Positions 9,695 to 19,884 of a stretch of DNA of 64,000 nt are shown one piece after another; position 1 is the first letter of the stretch, and each line of letters opens with the position of its first letter. Both the position numbers and the translations under genes were made by a program. The stretch lies in NCBI GenBank assembly GCA_017532025.1, contig JAFXJX010000058.1, positions 5,058 through 69,057 of the forward strand, read 5' to 3'. This DNA is from Clostridia bacterium (GTDB lineage: Bacteria; Bacillota; Clostridia; Oscillospirales; CAG-272). Under the pieces are notes generated by a model. The model saw only the letters and a list, made by a program, of their open reading frames with translations, ran no database searches and was not told the origin of the DNA.

Positions 9695-12600
9695 GCAAAA
9701 CCAAAATCAGAACGAAGTCACCTCAGTCGATCAGGAAACAAAAAAGGGTAATTCCTTTGTTCAAAAGTTCCGAAACGCACAAGATCGATTTTTGGCGTCC
9801 TCCTTCGGCGCAAAGCTGAATACCCATTTCAACACACACGGATATCTGTATTTTTCTTTTCTCGTGCCGGCACTTCTCTTTTTCTTTGTGTTCATTCTGC
9901 AAGGCACCTATCCCTTCGGCAACGGCTCGGTGCTGGTACTCGACTTGAACGGACAGTATGTGTACTTCTTCGAGGCATTAAGAAAAGCGATTTACGGCGA
10001 CGCATCACTGCTCTATTCCTGGTTTGGCACGCTGGGTAGCGAATTTGTCGGCTCGTATGCCTACTATCTCGCAAGCCCTCTGTCTTACCTCGTAGCGCTC
10101 TTCCCCGCCACCGCCATGACCGAATTCCTTTTGGTGCTCGAGCTCATAAAGTGCGGTCTTTGCGGCTTGACCATGGCATACTATCTGCGCAAAACCCGTC
10201 CGCTTGCCAATGAAATGATCACCATCAGCATTGCCGTGATGTATGCGCTCTCCTCCTTTGCCATCGTTATGGCGCACAACACCATGTGGCTGGATGCGCT
10301 CATCCTCTTGCCGCTGATCACCTACGGCATTGAACGCTTGATCAACTACGGTCACTTCAAGCTGTTTATCATTTCCTTTGCACTCGCACTTCTTGCCAAT
10401 TTCTACATTGGCTATATGCTTTGCTACTACGTTTTCCTCTACTTCTTCTATTACTATTTCTTCGGCTCAAACCGTCAGAGCAACGACTATGTTTCGGTTG
10501 AAGACGGCAACAACAATTTCATCGGCGAAAAGAATCATTTCGTCAAGAGTCTCTTCCGTATCGGTGTTTCCTCGTTGATTGCCATTTTCATTGCTTGCGT
10601 GATCATTCTCCCCACCGCATACTCGCTCTCGCTCGGTAAGACCGAATTTTCCGAAACCGACTGGTCGTTCGCTTTTAAGTTCAATCCGCTTGATTTCATC
10701 TCCAAGCTGTTCATCGGCTCGTATGATACCGTCCGCCGCGAGGGTCTTCCCTTCATTTACTGCGGTATGTTCACACTCATCCTTGTACCGGTCTATTTTA
10801 TCTCAAAGCGCGTATCCAAAAGACAAAAAGTCGGTGCCGGACTGATCCTCGGTGCATTCTTCCTCATCATGTGCATCTCCCCGCTCGACCTTGTGATGCA
10901 CGGCTTCCAAGAACCCAACTGGCTGAATTACCGCTATAGCTTTGTATTCAGCTTCCTGCTTCTTGTCTTTGCCCATCGCGGTCTTGAGCTTCTTCACACC
11001 ATACGCTTTCAGAAAACCGTCATCATCGCATCGGTTTGGGCGGCTCTCGTGCTGATTGCTTCGTTCTTCACAAGAGATGGCCTGTTTGCCACCAGTGATG
11101 ACAGCGCTGAATTCTGGCGCCGTCAGCTTCTCTTTATCCTCATTCCGATCGTAGCACTCGTTGTTTATGAGGTTGGTCATTACCTCTTATTGAATGATCG
11201 CTTCAAAAAGGTTTCTCGCGCTTCGATGCTTTCCACCCTTGCGGTTGTGATCTGCGTGGAAATGTTCGTCGGCACCCTCTTAAACACCACAGCACTCAAC
11301 GATGACGTTATCTTCTCTCCCAAGTACACCAAAGCCGACGGCTCGGGTCTTGAAGGATACGATAACTACCTCGATAAATACCGCGTGATGGTAGATGCCG
11401 TACAAAAAACAGACGATAGCTTCTACCGCATGGAAAAGAATGACCTGCGTAAATACGACGATAACTTTGCCTTTGCCATGCGCGGCACCACAGGCTCAAC
11501 CTCCACACTGAATGCCAAAACGATCAAGTTCCTGAACCGCCTCGGCTATATCAGCCAGTCAAATATCAGCAGTAACAAGGGCGCAACCTCGGTTGCCAAT
11601 ACCCTGCTCGGCATCAAATATTATATCACCACCACCAATCAGGATACCAGCGGCGAAAACAGCTACTACCTCACCGCCTACCCTGTGGATATGGAAGGTG
11701 TTGACGGCATCACCAATATGTATCTGTATGCCGACGGTCTTGCCATTTACAGCTACCTGAATGAATATGCCCTTTCGCTTGCGTATGCTTCCAGCGGAAA
11801 TCTCAAGAATTTCAACATCACAGAGAGCAACTCGCCTTTCACCACCATGAATAAGCTAATCACAGCCATCCTCGGTGAAAAGGAAACGGTAGAGGTATTC
11901 AAGGAAATTCCGTACGACTTCTCTTACGACGGCAACACCACCCAGTATAAATTCAAAGACAACTACAGCGAAACGGTTTATGACATCTACGGCGACCCGA
12001 TCATCAAGCTTGACGAAAATGGCAATAAGATGTACGATGAAAAAGGAAATCCTGTTTACGAAAAGTCAAAGCCGTCACCCCTTTATCATGAGTTCACACA
12101 AATCAACCAAGACGGCGAAAAAATGGTGATCGACTTCACCTTTACCATGCCCGAAGGTGTTGATGAAACCACCGAAGTTCTCTTTAAGTTCCCTACTCGA
12201 TACAACCGCCAATGCACATGGACCTTCAAAACCGAAGGCAGCGAGGAAAAGACAGGCTCTTGCTTTGTGGATGATGATAAAACCGACTGCATCCTTTCGC
12301 TCGGTAAGGTTCCCGCCGGCCAAACAGGTACACTCTCCATCACCGTAACGGGCAAAGACTTCTATCTCAGCTGTGACGATGGCAACGGCATCTTCTACTA
12401 TGTTGATAAAGAAGTGTACAAAGACACCATGACCACCCTTGCCGAGGGCAACTTCGAAATCGAAGAATACACCGAATCCTACTTCAAGGGCAAGATCAAC
12501 GCCACTGAAGGAAGAACCTCGGTCTTTACCTCGATTCCCTACGAGGAGCATTGGAAAGTCAAAGTTGACGGCAAAGAAGTGGAAACCTATATGACCTGCG

Positions 12601-12914
12601 CAGCCCTTGTCGGCTTTGACCTTGGAAGCGAAGGCGAGCACACAATTGAGATCGAATACCGCTCCGCACCCTTACGAAACGGCTTGATCTTCACAGGCAT
12701 CGGTCTTGTTCTCTTCATCGGCTGGATCGTTGTTGACACCGTATTCTTCCGCAAGAAGCGCCTTGCCAATGCAACGCTCGATTACACCTGCCTCTCGGAA
12801 GGTGACTATCAGAGCGACGAATACGATGACGAGCTTGCCAAAAAACGCAAAGTTCAACGTATGCAAGAACAAATGCGACTCAAAAAACAAATGTGGAAAA
12901 ATAAACGTAAATAA
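9687..12914 (+). CDS. YfhO family membrane protein (GT-C fold, cell-wall polymer glycosylation)
   Basis: YPFGNGSVLVLDLNGQY, YYLASPL, WLDALILLPL, NFYIGYM, PNWLNYRYSF, FYRME and TSIPYEEHWKVKVDGK motifs; many TM helices. Confidence 0.9.
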   Translation: MDKQNQNQNEVTSVDQETKKGNSFVQKFRNAQDRFLASSFGAKLNTHFNTHGYLYFSFLVPALLFFFVFILQGTYPFGNGSVLVLDLNGQYVYFFEALRKAIYGDASLLYSWFGTLGSEFVGSYAYYLASPLSYLVALFPATAMTEFLLVLELIKCGLCGLTMAYYLRKTRPLANEMITISIAVMYALSSFAIVMAHNTMWLDALILLPLITYGIERLINYGHFKLFIISFALALLANFYIGYMLCYYVFLYFFYYYFFGSNRQSNDYVSVEDGNNNFIGEKNHFVKSLFRIGVSSLIAIFIACVIILPTAYSLSLGKTEFSETDWSFAFKFNPLDFISKLFIGSYDTVRREGLPFIYCGMFTLILVPVYFISKRVSKRQKVGAGLILGAFFLIMCISPLDLVMHGFQEPNWLNYRYSFVFSFLLLVFAHRGLELLHTIRFQKTVIIASVWAALVLIASFFTRDGLFATSDDSAEFWRRQLLFILIPIVALVVYEVGHYLLLNDRFKKVSRASMLSTLAVVICVEMFVGTLLNTTALNDDVIFSPKYTKADGSGLEGYDNYLDKYRVMVDAVQKTDDSFYRMEKNDLRKYDDNFAFAMRGTTGSTSTLNAKTIKFLNRLGYISQSNISSNKGATSVANTLLGIKYYITTTNQDTSGENSYYLTAYPVDMEGVDGITNMYLYADGLAIYSYLNEYALSLAYASSGNLKNFNITESNSPFTTMNKLITAILGEKETVEVFKEIPYDFSYDGNTTQYKFKDNYSETVYDIYGDPIIKLDENGNKMYDEKGNPVYEKSKPSPLYHEFTQINQDGEKMVIDFTFTMPEGVDETTEVLFKFPTRYNRQCTWTFKTEGSEEKTGSCFVDDDKTDCILSLGKVPAGQTGTLSITVTGKDFYLSCDDGNGIFYYVDKEVYKDTMTTLAEGNFEIEEYTESYFKGKINATEGRTSVFTSIPYEEHWKVKVDGKEVETYMTCAALVGFDLGSEGEHTIEIEYRSAPLRNGLIFTGIGLVLFIGWIVVDTVFFRKKRLANATLDYTCLSEGDYQSDEYDDELAKKRKVQRMQEQMRLKKQMWKNKRK

Positions 12915-12926
12915 TCAAACAACATG

Positions 12927-12957
12927 AAAAGCCATCACAAACCGTGATGGCTTTTTT
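12927..12957. terminator. Bidirectional terminator
   Basis: AAAAGCCATCAC-AAACC-GTGATGGCTTTT. Confidence 0.8.
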
Positions 12958-12958
12958 G

Positions 12959-14119
12959 TTATTCTTGTGTTTTGGCAACCCATTCCTTCCAACGGGGGTC
13001 GGCTTGTATTTCTTTTGCCACTTGACTGTAATCCGGATTACACCAAAAAGGCCATTCATTAGGCAACCCTTTGACAACCTCTCTGCGTTCTCCCAAATTA
13101 TATTTCACAAACGAAACAAGAGGAGCGGTCAGTCGATGTTCACTTTCATCAAACAGCCTTTCAAATGCTTTTGCGTGTGCAAACGCTTTATAGAGAGAAT
13201 CGAAAGCATCGTCGTGATACCCTCTTTCCCACTGTAATCTTGACAGATATAGATAGAGTTTATATACGAAATCATGCTGCGCACCCATATTGCCGTCATC
13301 ACAAATTAAATCAAATATAGAAATTACACCTTTAATCTTCTCAATCGGCATATCGGATTCAAAATTTGTAATATTCGCGATAAGACCAAAAACAAGCTGC
13401 TCGGAAAACTGTCGCGCTGATTCCAAAAGAAACTCACCTATGTATTCAGCTTCAAGTCTTCCATCAGTTGCTTCTGTAAGCAAAAATTCCTGCGATTGCT
13501 GAAGCTTAGGCATACGCTTAGCATACGAAACTGCTTTATCAAATTCGCCGTAAGTTCGGTGAAGCGGCACAAGTATGGCAATTGCTTGTGTAAAAACAGA
13601 ATTGTCTTTTGTGTTTTCGACAAGATACTCACACACCTTAATGCATTCTGACCAATACGTATTTTTCTTATGATGATCGTAATCATATTGAATAAAGCCA
13701 TCGTCATCATAGGAAAGCCATCCGTGATGTCTTCGCCAGCCTGCTTCCCATAGTGTATCGGCAAGCGTGATGAGCAGTTGTTCATTTTGAGGAAATTCTG
13801 CAAGTCCATTACGTAATATCAAAATGCATTCTTCCACCCAAATTCCATCATCACTGTGCTTGATATCGTACTCGTTCACTTTTTGAATTATTGCTGATAT
13901 TTTTGTTTCACGATCATTGTTATACCCAAACAACTCGTCAATCGAAATGCCGAAATAATTGGCAATTGACGGAATCATCTCCATATCGGGATAACCGCCG
14001 CCTGCTTCCCAGCGTGAAACCGCCTGTGACGTTACACCCAAAGCTTCGGCAAGTGCTTCTTGTGTACGCCCATCACGCCGACGGAGCTCACGTATTTTCT
14101 GACCCAAATCCAGTTGCAT
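12959..14119 (-). CDS. XRE-family HTH regulator with long helical (TPR-like) C-terminal domain
   Basis: LGQKIRELRR...TQEALAEALGVTSQAVSRWEAG..YPDME; ATG follows AGGAGG; lower GC than neighbours. Confidence 0.85.
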   Translation of the reverse strand: MQLDLGQKIRELRRRDGRTQEALAEALGVTSQAVSRWEAGGGYPDMEMIPSIANYFGISIDELFGYNNDRETKISAIIQKVNEYDIKHSDDGIWVEECILILRNGLAEFPQNEQLLITLADTLWEAGWRRHHGWLSYDDDGFIQYDYDHHKKNTYWSECIKVCEYLVENTKDNSVFTQAIAILVPLHRTYGEFDKAVSYAKRMPKLQQSQEFLLTEATDGRLEAEYIGEFLLESARQFSEQLVFGLIANITNFESDMPIEKIKGVISIFDLICDDGNMGAQHDFVYKLYLYLSRLQWERGYHDDAFDSLYKAFAHAKAFERLFDESEHRLTAPLVSFVKYNLGERREVVKGLPNEWPFWCNPDYSQVAKEIQADPRWKEWVAKTQE

Positions 14120-14305
14120 AAAAACCTCCTTGGCTTTCGCTCGCGAAAGCCTACCTTTCTTGGGGAATTGGGGCGGTTTTGCGTAGCAAAATCGTTGTTG
14201 CCAAACAACGAAAGCCACAAAACCCGCATGAAAGATTCTTCTTTCATGCAAACCTCCTGAAATGTTATCACCGGTGTAACTCTATTATAGCAGGTATTGA
14301 TAAAA

Positions 14306-14328
14306 AAACAATAATCAATTTATTGTTT
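14306..14328. promoter_or_regulatory. Palindromic operator candidate over the XRE promoter -35 region
   Basis: AAACAATAA-N5-TTATTGTTT, upstream of an extended -10 (TGCTATAAT, minus strand near 14284-14292). Confidence 0.5.
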
Positions 14329-14373
14329 CAAATTCAAGCATTCGTTGGATTTCTAACAACAAAGCCACCGCCC

Positions 14374-14617
14374 GTGTCATCTTGAGCAGAGCGAAGCGAC
14401 GTCGAAACCCAAGCGCAGCGCAGGGCGCTTCGACTTGCAAGCAAGTCGCCTGCTTGCAGGTCGGGGCGGATCTCGGGCGCTTGACCACTCTCCATATCGT
14501 AGATCCTCAAAACGCCAAGGCGTTTTGCCTTTTCAAAATCCGCAATTTATTGCAGATTTTGAAAAGTTCGATTACGAAAACATCCCACCGGGATGTTTTC
14601 TCCACTCAGGATGACAC
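14374..14617. repeat. GTCAT-tagged REP-like palindromic element, copy 1
   Basis: Termini GTGTCATCTTGAG...CTCAGGATGACAC with many internal hairpins; the right arm is nearly identical in reverse to 37454-37497. Confidence 0.8.
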
Positions 14618-14620
14618 AAA

Positions 14621-14657
14621 AAAACAAAGCCACTTCCGAACGAAGTGGCTTTGTTTT
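14621..14657 (-). terminator. Terminator of the LRR gene
   Basis: AAAACAAAGCCACTTC-loop-GAAGTGGCTTTGTTTT. Confidence 0.75.
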
Positions 14658-14664
14658 ATCCGTT

Positions 14665-16107
14665 TTACTTCTTCCCGCGTTTGATCTTGAGGCCTGCGTT
14701 TTCGGGCTTGTCAAGCTCGGCATCCACCACAGCGAGTAGCTCAATGGCTTTTTCGCCGTAGGTCATGTGGTGCTTGCACTTGGTCAGCCATCTGGCGGCA
14801 TCCACAATTTTCTTTGTGGTGTCAATACCGTAAAGGAAACAACTGCCCACATAGAACTGAGCGGGCAAAATTCCCTTTCCTGCCGCGGAGAGGAAGGATC
14901 GGAATGCCCAATTATATCTACCCATAAAGAGGCACACACAGCCAAATTCATACGCTTCCTGCGCGGGCACCAAGAACAAAGCTTCACTCTGTGCTTCAAA
15001 GTTCTCTTCGGTCATGCCGTCAGCAGCTGCTTTGATGCTTTCTTTGAAATCTTCGGAAAGCGTTGCCATAAAGCTTTCGTAAAACTCTTTCTTAAAATCC
15101 TCCGACACATCAGATGCCGTTGACTTTTGCGAAGTACGGATCTTTCTTTCAAGCGGCTTTTTCTTACGATCGCCCTTTGGCTTGCCAAAAGAAAGCTCGC
15201 CAAGATCCATTTCAATCTGGTGAATGTCACTTTCCTCTTTTACAGGCTCTTCTGCCTTCACCTCGGGAATCACTTCCTCGATGGGTGCTTCTTTTACTTC
15301 CTCAACGATCGGAACCTCTTCCACCACGTCAAAAGAAAGTTGCTCTGTGCTGTTCAGCTCGGTAGCACTCACGTGGTCAGGCTCAATCAAAAGCTCGGTG
15401 TTATTGAAATGATACGTCGCGCGAAGGAAAGTTTCATTGCGCTGCCCCTTGACGGCAACAACTCTCCACTCACTCGCGTCCCCGCTGTAAAACACATCGG
15501 TAAGAGAACGGCAGGAGTCAAACGCGCCAAATTCAATCTCACGAAGAGTTTTCGTAAACGAAACCTTTTCAAGCGAAAGACAGCCGTAAAAGGTATTCCA
15601 TCTCAGATATTCAATGCCTGCGCCAAGCGAGCAGGATTTCAGCGACACGCAATCGGCAAACGCGCCCTTTCCCAGCGAGGTAATCTGATCCCCAATCGCC
15701 ATTTCTTCAAGCGAAGAACAACGCCTGAATGCCTCGTCACCGATCATTTGAACCGTTTCGGGAACGGTGATGGTTTTGAGTGAACGGCAGCCAAGAAAGG
15801 TTTTGGCGGCAATGAAGGTCACACCGTTCGGGATCACAACATGATCGAGTGAGCGGCAACCGAAGAAAGCACCGCCGTCAATCAAAGATACCGTGGAAGG
15901 AATTGTCACCGAAGTCAGATTCACACAGCTGTCAAATGCCTTTTCGGCAATCGAAACCACCCCTTCGGGAAGCACGACCGAAACCAAATTCTGATGATAC
16001 GCAAACGCCTGACCGCCAATCACCGTAACGCCTTCCGGCACAAATACATGATCCTCGTTACCCGTATATTTCACAAGGGTATTCCCTACCATACGAAAAT
16101 CATTCAT
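14665..16107 (-). CDS. BspA-type leucine-rich repeat (LRR_5) protein with C-terminal Sel1-like repeat
   Basis: Repeats of the form IPxGVTxIxxxAFxGCxSL, an acidic Glu/Pro linker, and AAGKGILPAQFYVGSCFLYG (Sel1-like). No signal peptide. Confidence 0.82.
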   Translation of the reverse strand: MNDFRMVGNTLVKYTGNEDHVFVPEGVTVIGGQAFAYHQNLVSVVLPEGVVSIAEKAFDSCVNLTSVTIPSTVSLIDGGAFFGCRSLDHVVIPNGVTFIAAKTFLGCRSLKTITVPETVQMIGDEAFRRCSSLEEMAIGDQITSLGKGAFADCVSLKSCSLGAGIEYLRWNTFYGCLSLEKVSFTKTLREIEFGAFDSCRSLTDVFYSGDASEWRVVAVKGQRNETFLRATYHFNNTELLIEPDHVSATELNSTEQLSFDVVEEVPIVEEVKEAPIEEVIPEVKAEEPVKEESDIHQIEMDLGELSFGKPKGDRKKKPLERKIRTSQKSTASDVSEDFKKEFYESFMATLSEDFKESIKAAADGMTEENFEAQSEALFLVPAQEAYEFGCVCLFMGRYNWAFRSFLSAAGKGILPAQFYVGSCFLYGIDTTKKIVDAARWLTKCKHHMTYGEKAIELLAVVDAELDKPENAGLKIKRGKK

Positions 16108-16269
16108 ACGCTTTACTCCTTACTTTGCGGCAAAAGCCGCACCAATCTGCTGAAAATGCCGTATAAAACAATTACCTTGTCTTACCATGCAGTAGCATAT
16201 AACATATTCATTATACAATACCTTTTCCGAATTGTCAATAAAAAAGTCGGCATTTCAAAGCAAAAAAAC

Positions 16270-16308
16270 AAACACCCGAAGTCGCTTTTTGAGCGATTTC
16301 GGGTGTTT
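16270..16308 (-). terminator. rpoBC terminator
   Basis: AAACACCCGAAGTCGCT-loop-AGCGATTTCGGGTGTTT. Confidence 0.75.
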
Positions 16309-16318
16309 TTCAGTTGAA

Positions 16319-19300
16319 TCAGTCGTTCTGATTCGATTCGGTTTCTTCGTCAATGACAGCGGTTTTATCCACTTCAATGTCGCGGTAACGCTGCATACCG
16401 GTACCTGCGGGAATCAGCTTACCGATCAGTACGTTTTCCTTCAGACCCACAAGGTGGTCAACCTTACCGGCAATGGCAGCCTCGGTGAGTACCTTGGTGG
16501 TTTCCTGGAAGGATGCGGCAGAAAGGAAGGAATCAGTCATCAGCGAAGCCTTGGTGATACCAAGCAGCATAGGCGATGCTTCGGCAGGACGAAGCGCAAG
16601 CTCACCTGCGGCAATGCGGTTGCGGATCTCTTCGTTCTTTTCTTCGAGCTCGGTGATGCTCACAACAGAACCGGAAAGCATATCGGTGTCACCACCGTTT
16701 TCAATTCTGACCTTTCTTGTCATCTGACGGGCAATGACTTCAATGTGCTTGTCATTGATCTCAACAGACTGCAAGCGGTAAACGCGCTGAATTTCCTTGA
16801 TGATATAGCTGTAAACTTCGTCAAGACCTTTGATCTTGGTGATGTCTGTCAAGCTCATGTTACCTTCGGTCAGAGCGTCGCCGCGTACCACAAAGTCGCC
16901 TTCCTTCACGATCACTCTTGTGCCGTAAGGAACTGCGTATGCAGCCTGGTCACCGCTTGCCTTATCGGTAATGATCACGTTTCTGGCGCGCTTGCCATCC
17001 TGAATCGAAACACGACCTGTCAGCTCAGTGATGACAGCCGTTCTCTTGGGACGGCGTGCTTCAAAGAGTTCTTCAACACGGGGAAGACCCTGTGTAATGT
17101 CCGAACCTGCAACACCACCCGAGTGGAAGGTTCTCATCGTCAGCTGTGTACCGGGTTCACCGATCGACTGTGCGGCAACGATACCAACAGCTTCACCAAC
17201 GTTAACCTTCTGACCGGTCGCAAGGTCACTACCGTAGCAGTAGGAGCAAACGCCGTAACGGCACTTACACTTCAGAATCGAGCGAATCGGAAGCTCTTTG
17301 ATACCTGCCGATGTGATCTTCTTCACATCGTCCTGTGTCAGGAGCGTGTTCTTGGTAACAATCAAGTTCTTGGTAACCGGATCAACAACATCTTCCAAGG
17401 TGTATCTGCCGAGGAGTCTGTCTTCGAACTTTTCAATCACGCCGTTGCCGTCGGTGATTTCACGAACAAGAAGACCTTCATCTGCTCCGCAGTTTTCTTC
17501 GCGGATGATAACATCCTGCGAAACGTCAACAAGACGTCTGGTAAGGTAACCCGAGTCAGCCGTTCTCAGAGCGGTATCCGAAAGAGATTTACGCGAACCG
17601 CGGGCTGCTACGAAGTATTCGAGGATGGTCAGACCTTCACGGAAGTTCGCCTTAATCGGGATTTCCATGGTACGGCCGGTTGCCGAGAACATCAGACCAC
17701 GCATACCTGCGAGCTGACGCATCTGGGTCTTAGAACCACGGGCTTTCGAGTCCGCCATCATCTTAATCGGGTTGTAACGGTCAAAGGAGATATCAAGTGC
17801 ATTTTCAATCTGCTTCGTGGTGGCTTCCCAAACAGCAATGACCATGTTGTAACGCTCTTCCTCGGTCAGTTCACCCATGAGGAAGTGCTGTCTGATTTCT
17901 TCAACATCGGCTTCTGCCTGCTTAATCAGGTCGGTCTTGTTTTCGGGAATCATAACGTCCGAAACCGAGATCGAGATCGAAGCTTTGGTCGAATACTTAA
18001 AGCCCATCGCCTTGATGTTGTCAAGGACAGTTGCCGTGGTGGTGGGACCGAACTTTTTGATGGTTCTGTCAACGATCTTGGAAAGCTCGCTCTTACCGCA
18101 CACAAAGTCAATTTCGGGAAGCAGATAGTTATCGGGATTGGATCTGTCAACGTAGCCAAGATCCTGAGGAATGGCTTTGTTGAAGATCAAACGACCAAGA
18201 GTAGAAGTAATCACTCTTGTCTTCTCCACACCGTCAACCATGCCGGAAACACGTACCTTGATGGGTGCGTGCAGACCGAGGAAACCGTTTTCATACGCCA
18301 TCAGTGCTTCGTCAAAGTTACGGAAAGCACTTCCCTCGCCGATTTCACCGGCGCGGTCGATGGTCAGCCAGTAAGAACCAAGTACCATGTCCTGAGAAGG
18401 AACGGCAACAGCTTTACCGTCAGCAGGCTTCAAAAGGTTGTTGGCGGAGAGCATGAGGAATCTTGCCTCAGCCTGTGCTTCAGGCGTCAGCGGAACGTGT
18501 ACAGGCATCTGGTCGCCGTCGAAGTCGGCGTTAAATGCCGAACATACGAGAGGATGGAGCTTGATGGCTCTGCCTTCTACAAGGATCGGCTCGAATGCCT
18601 GAATCGAAAGACGGTGAAGTGTAGGCGCACGGTTCAGAAGAACAGGATGCTCTTTGATCACGTTTTCAAGAGCGTCCCAAACGTCATCCGAAACCTTCTC
18701 CACTTTCTTCTTCGCGTCTTTGATATTGGTAGCCTTCTGGGTTTCCACAAGGCGCTTCATCACAAAGGGTTTGAACAGCTCAAGTGCCATTTCACGGGGC
18801 AGACCGCACTGATAGATCTTCAGTTCAGGGCCCACAACGATAACCGAACGGCCGGAATAGTCAACACGCTTACCGAGCAGATTCTGACGGAAACGTCCCT
18901 GCTTACCGCGAAGCATTTCGGACAGCGACTTGAGAGGACGGTTGGAGGGGCCTGTTACAGGCTTACCGCGGCGTCCGTTGTCGATCAAAGCGTCAACGGC
19001 TTCCTGAAGCATACGGCGTTCATTGCGGATGATGATCTCAGGCGCAGAAAGCTCCATCAGCTTCTTCAGACGGTTGTTACGGTTGATCACACGTCTGTAA
19101 AGGTCATTGAGGTCAGAGGTGGCAAAACGGCCACCGTCTAGCTGAACCATAGGACGGATATCCGGAGGAATGATCGGGATCACGTCCATAACCATCCATT
19201 CGGGCTTGTTGCCGCTCTTGCGGAACGCTTCCACCACTTCAAGGCGCTTGATGATGCGTGTTTTCTTCTGACCGCTTGCGGTGGCAAGCTCTTCTTTCAG

Positions 19301-19867
19301 TTTAGCTGCGAGGTCTTCAATATCAAGCTCAACAAGAAGCTCTTTGATTGCCTCAGCACCCATGCCGACCTTAAAGTCGTTTTCGTATCTGTCCTGATAA
19401 TCTCTGAATTCCTTTTCACCGAGAAGCTGATACTTCATCAAAGGTGTGTCGCCCGGATCAATTACGATATACTGAGCGTAATACAGAACCTTTTCAAGCA
19501 TTCTGGGAGAAATGTCGAGAAGCAGACCCATACGGGAAGGAATGGCACGGAAGTACCAGATGTGCGAAACGGGGGATGCGAGTTCAATGTGACCCATTCT
19601 CTCTCGTCTTACCTTTTTGGTGGTAACTTCTACACCGCACTTTTCACATCTCTTGCCCTTGTAGCGGATTCTCTTGTAGCGTCCGCAGGAGCATTCCCAG
19701 TCCTTCATCGGACCAAAGATTCTTTCGCAGAAAAGACCGTCGCGTTCAGGCTTCAGGGTACGGTAGTTAATGGTCTCGGGCTTTTTCACTTCGCCGCTCG
19801 ACCAGCTTCTAATCATCTCGGGAGATGCCAGACCAATTTTTATCGAATCAAAAATATTATCTTCCAT
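16319..19867 (-). CDS. rpoC: RNA polymerase beta' subunit
   Basis: KPETINYRT, zinc-finger Cys residues, [25 protein letters not shown] and SAASFQETT motifs. Confidence 0.99.
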   Translation of the reverse strand: MEDNIFDSIKIGLASPEMIRSWSSGEVKKPETINYRTLKPERDGLFCERIFGPMKDWECSCGRYKRIRYKGKRCEKCGVEVTTKKVRRERMGHIELASPVSHIWYFRAIPSRMGLLLDISPRMLEKVLYYAQYIVIDPGDTPLMKYQLLGEKEFRDYQDRYENDFKVGMGAEAIKELLVELDIEDLAAKLKEELATASGQKKTRIIKRLEVVEAFRKSGNKPEWMVMDVIPIIPPDIRPMVQLDGGRFATSDLNDLYRRVINRNNRLKKLMELSAPEIIIRNERRMLQEAVDALIDNGRRGKPVTGPSNRPLKSLSEMLRGKQGRFRQNLLGKRVDYSGRSVIVVGPELKIYQCGLPREMALELFKPFVMKRLVETQKATNIKDAKKKVEKVSDDVWDALENVIKEHPVLLNRAPTLHRLSIQAFEPILVEGRAIKLHPLVCSAFNADFDGDQMPVHVPLTPEAQAEARFLMLSANNLLKPADGKAVAVPSQDMVLGSYWLTIDRAGEIGEGSAFRNFDEALMAYENGFLGLHAPIKVRVSGMVDGVEKTRVITSTLGRLIFNKAIPQDLGYVDRSNPDNYLLPEIDFVCGKSELSKIVDRTIKKFGPTTTATVLDNIKAMGFKYSTKASISISVSDVMIPENKTDLIKQAEADVEEIRQHFLMGELTEEERYNMVIAVWEATTKQIENALDISFDRYNPIKMMADSKARGSKTQMRQLAGMRGLMFSATGRTMEIPIKANFREGLTILEYFVAARGSRKSLSDTALRTADSGYLTRRLVDVSQDVIIREENCGADEGLLVREITDGNGVIEKFEDRLLGRYTLEDVVDPVTKNLIVTKNTLLTQDDVKKITSAGIKELPIRSILKCKCRYGVCSYCYGSDLATGQKVNVGEAVGIVAAQSIGEPGTQLTMRTFHSGGVAGSDITQGLPRVEELFEARRPKRTAVITELTGRVSIQDGKRARNVIITDKASGDQAAYAVPYGTRVIVKEGDFVVRGDALTEGNMSLTDITKIKGLDEVYSYIIKEIQRVYRLQSVEINDKHIEVIARQMTRKVRIENGGDTDMLSGSVVSITELEEKNEEIRNRIAAGELALRPAEASPMLLGITKASLMTDSFLSAASFQETTKVLTEAAIAGKVDHLVGLKENVLIGKLIPAGTGMQRYRDIEVDKTAVIDEETESNQND

Positions 19868-19884
19868 TTGTCCTATCTCCTCTC

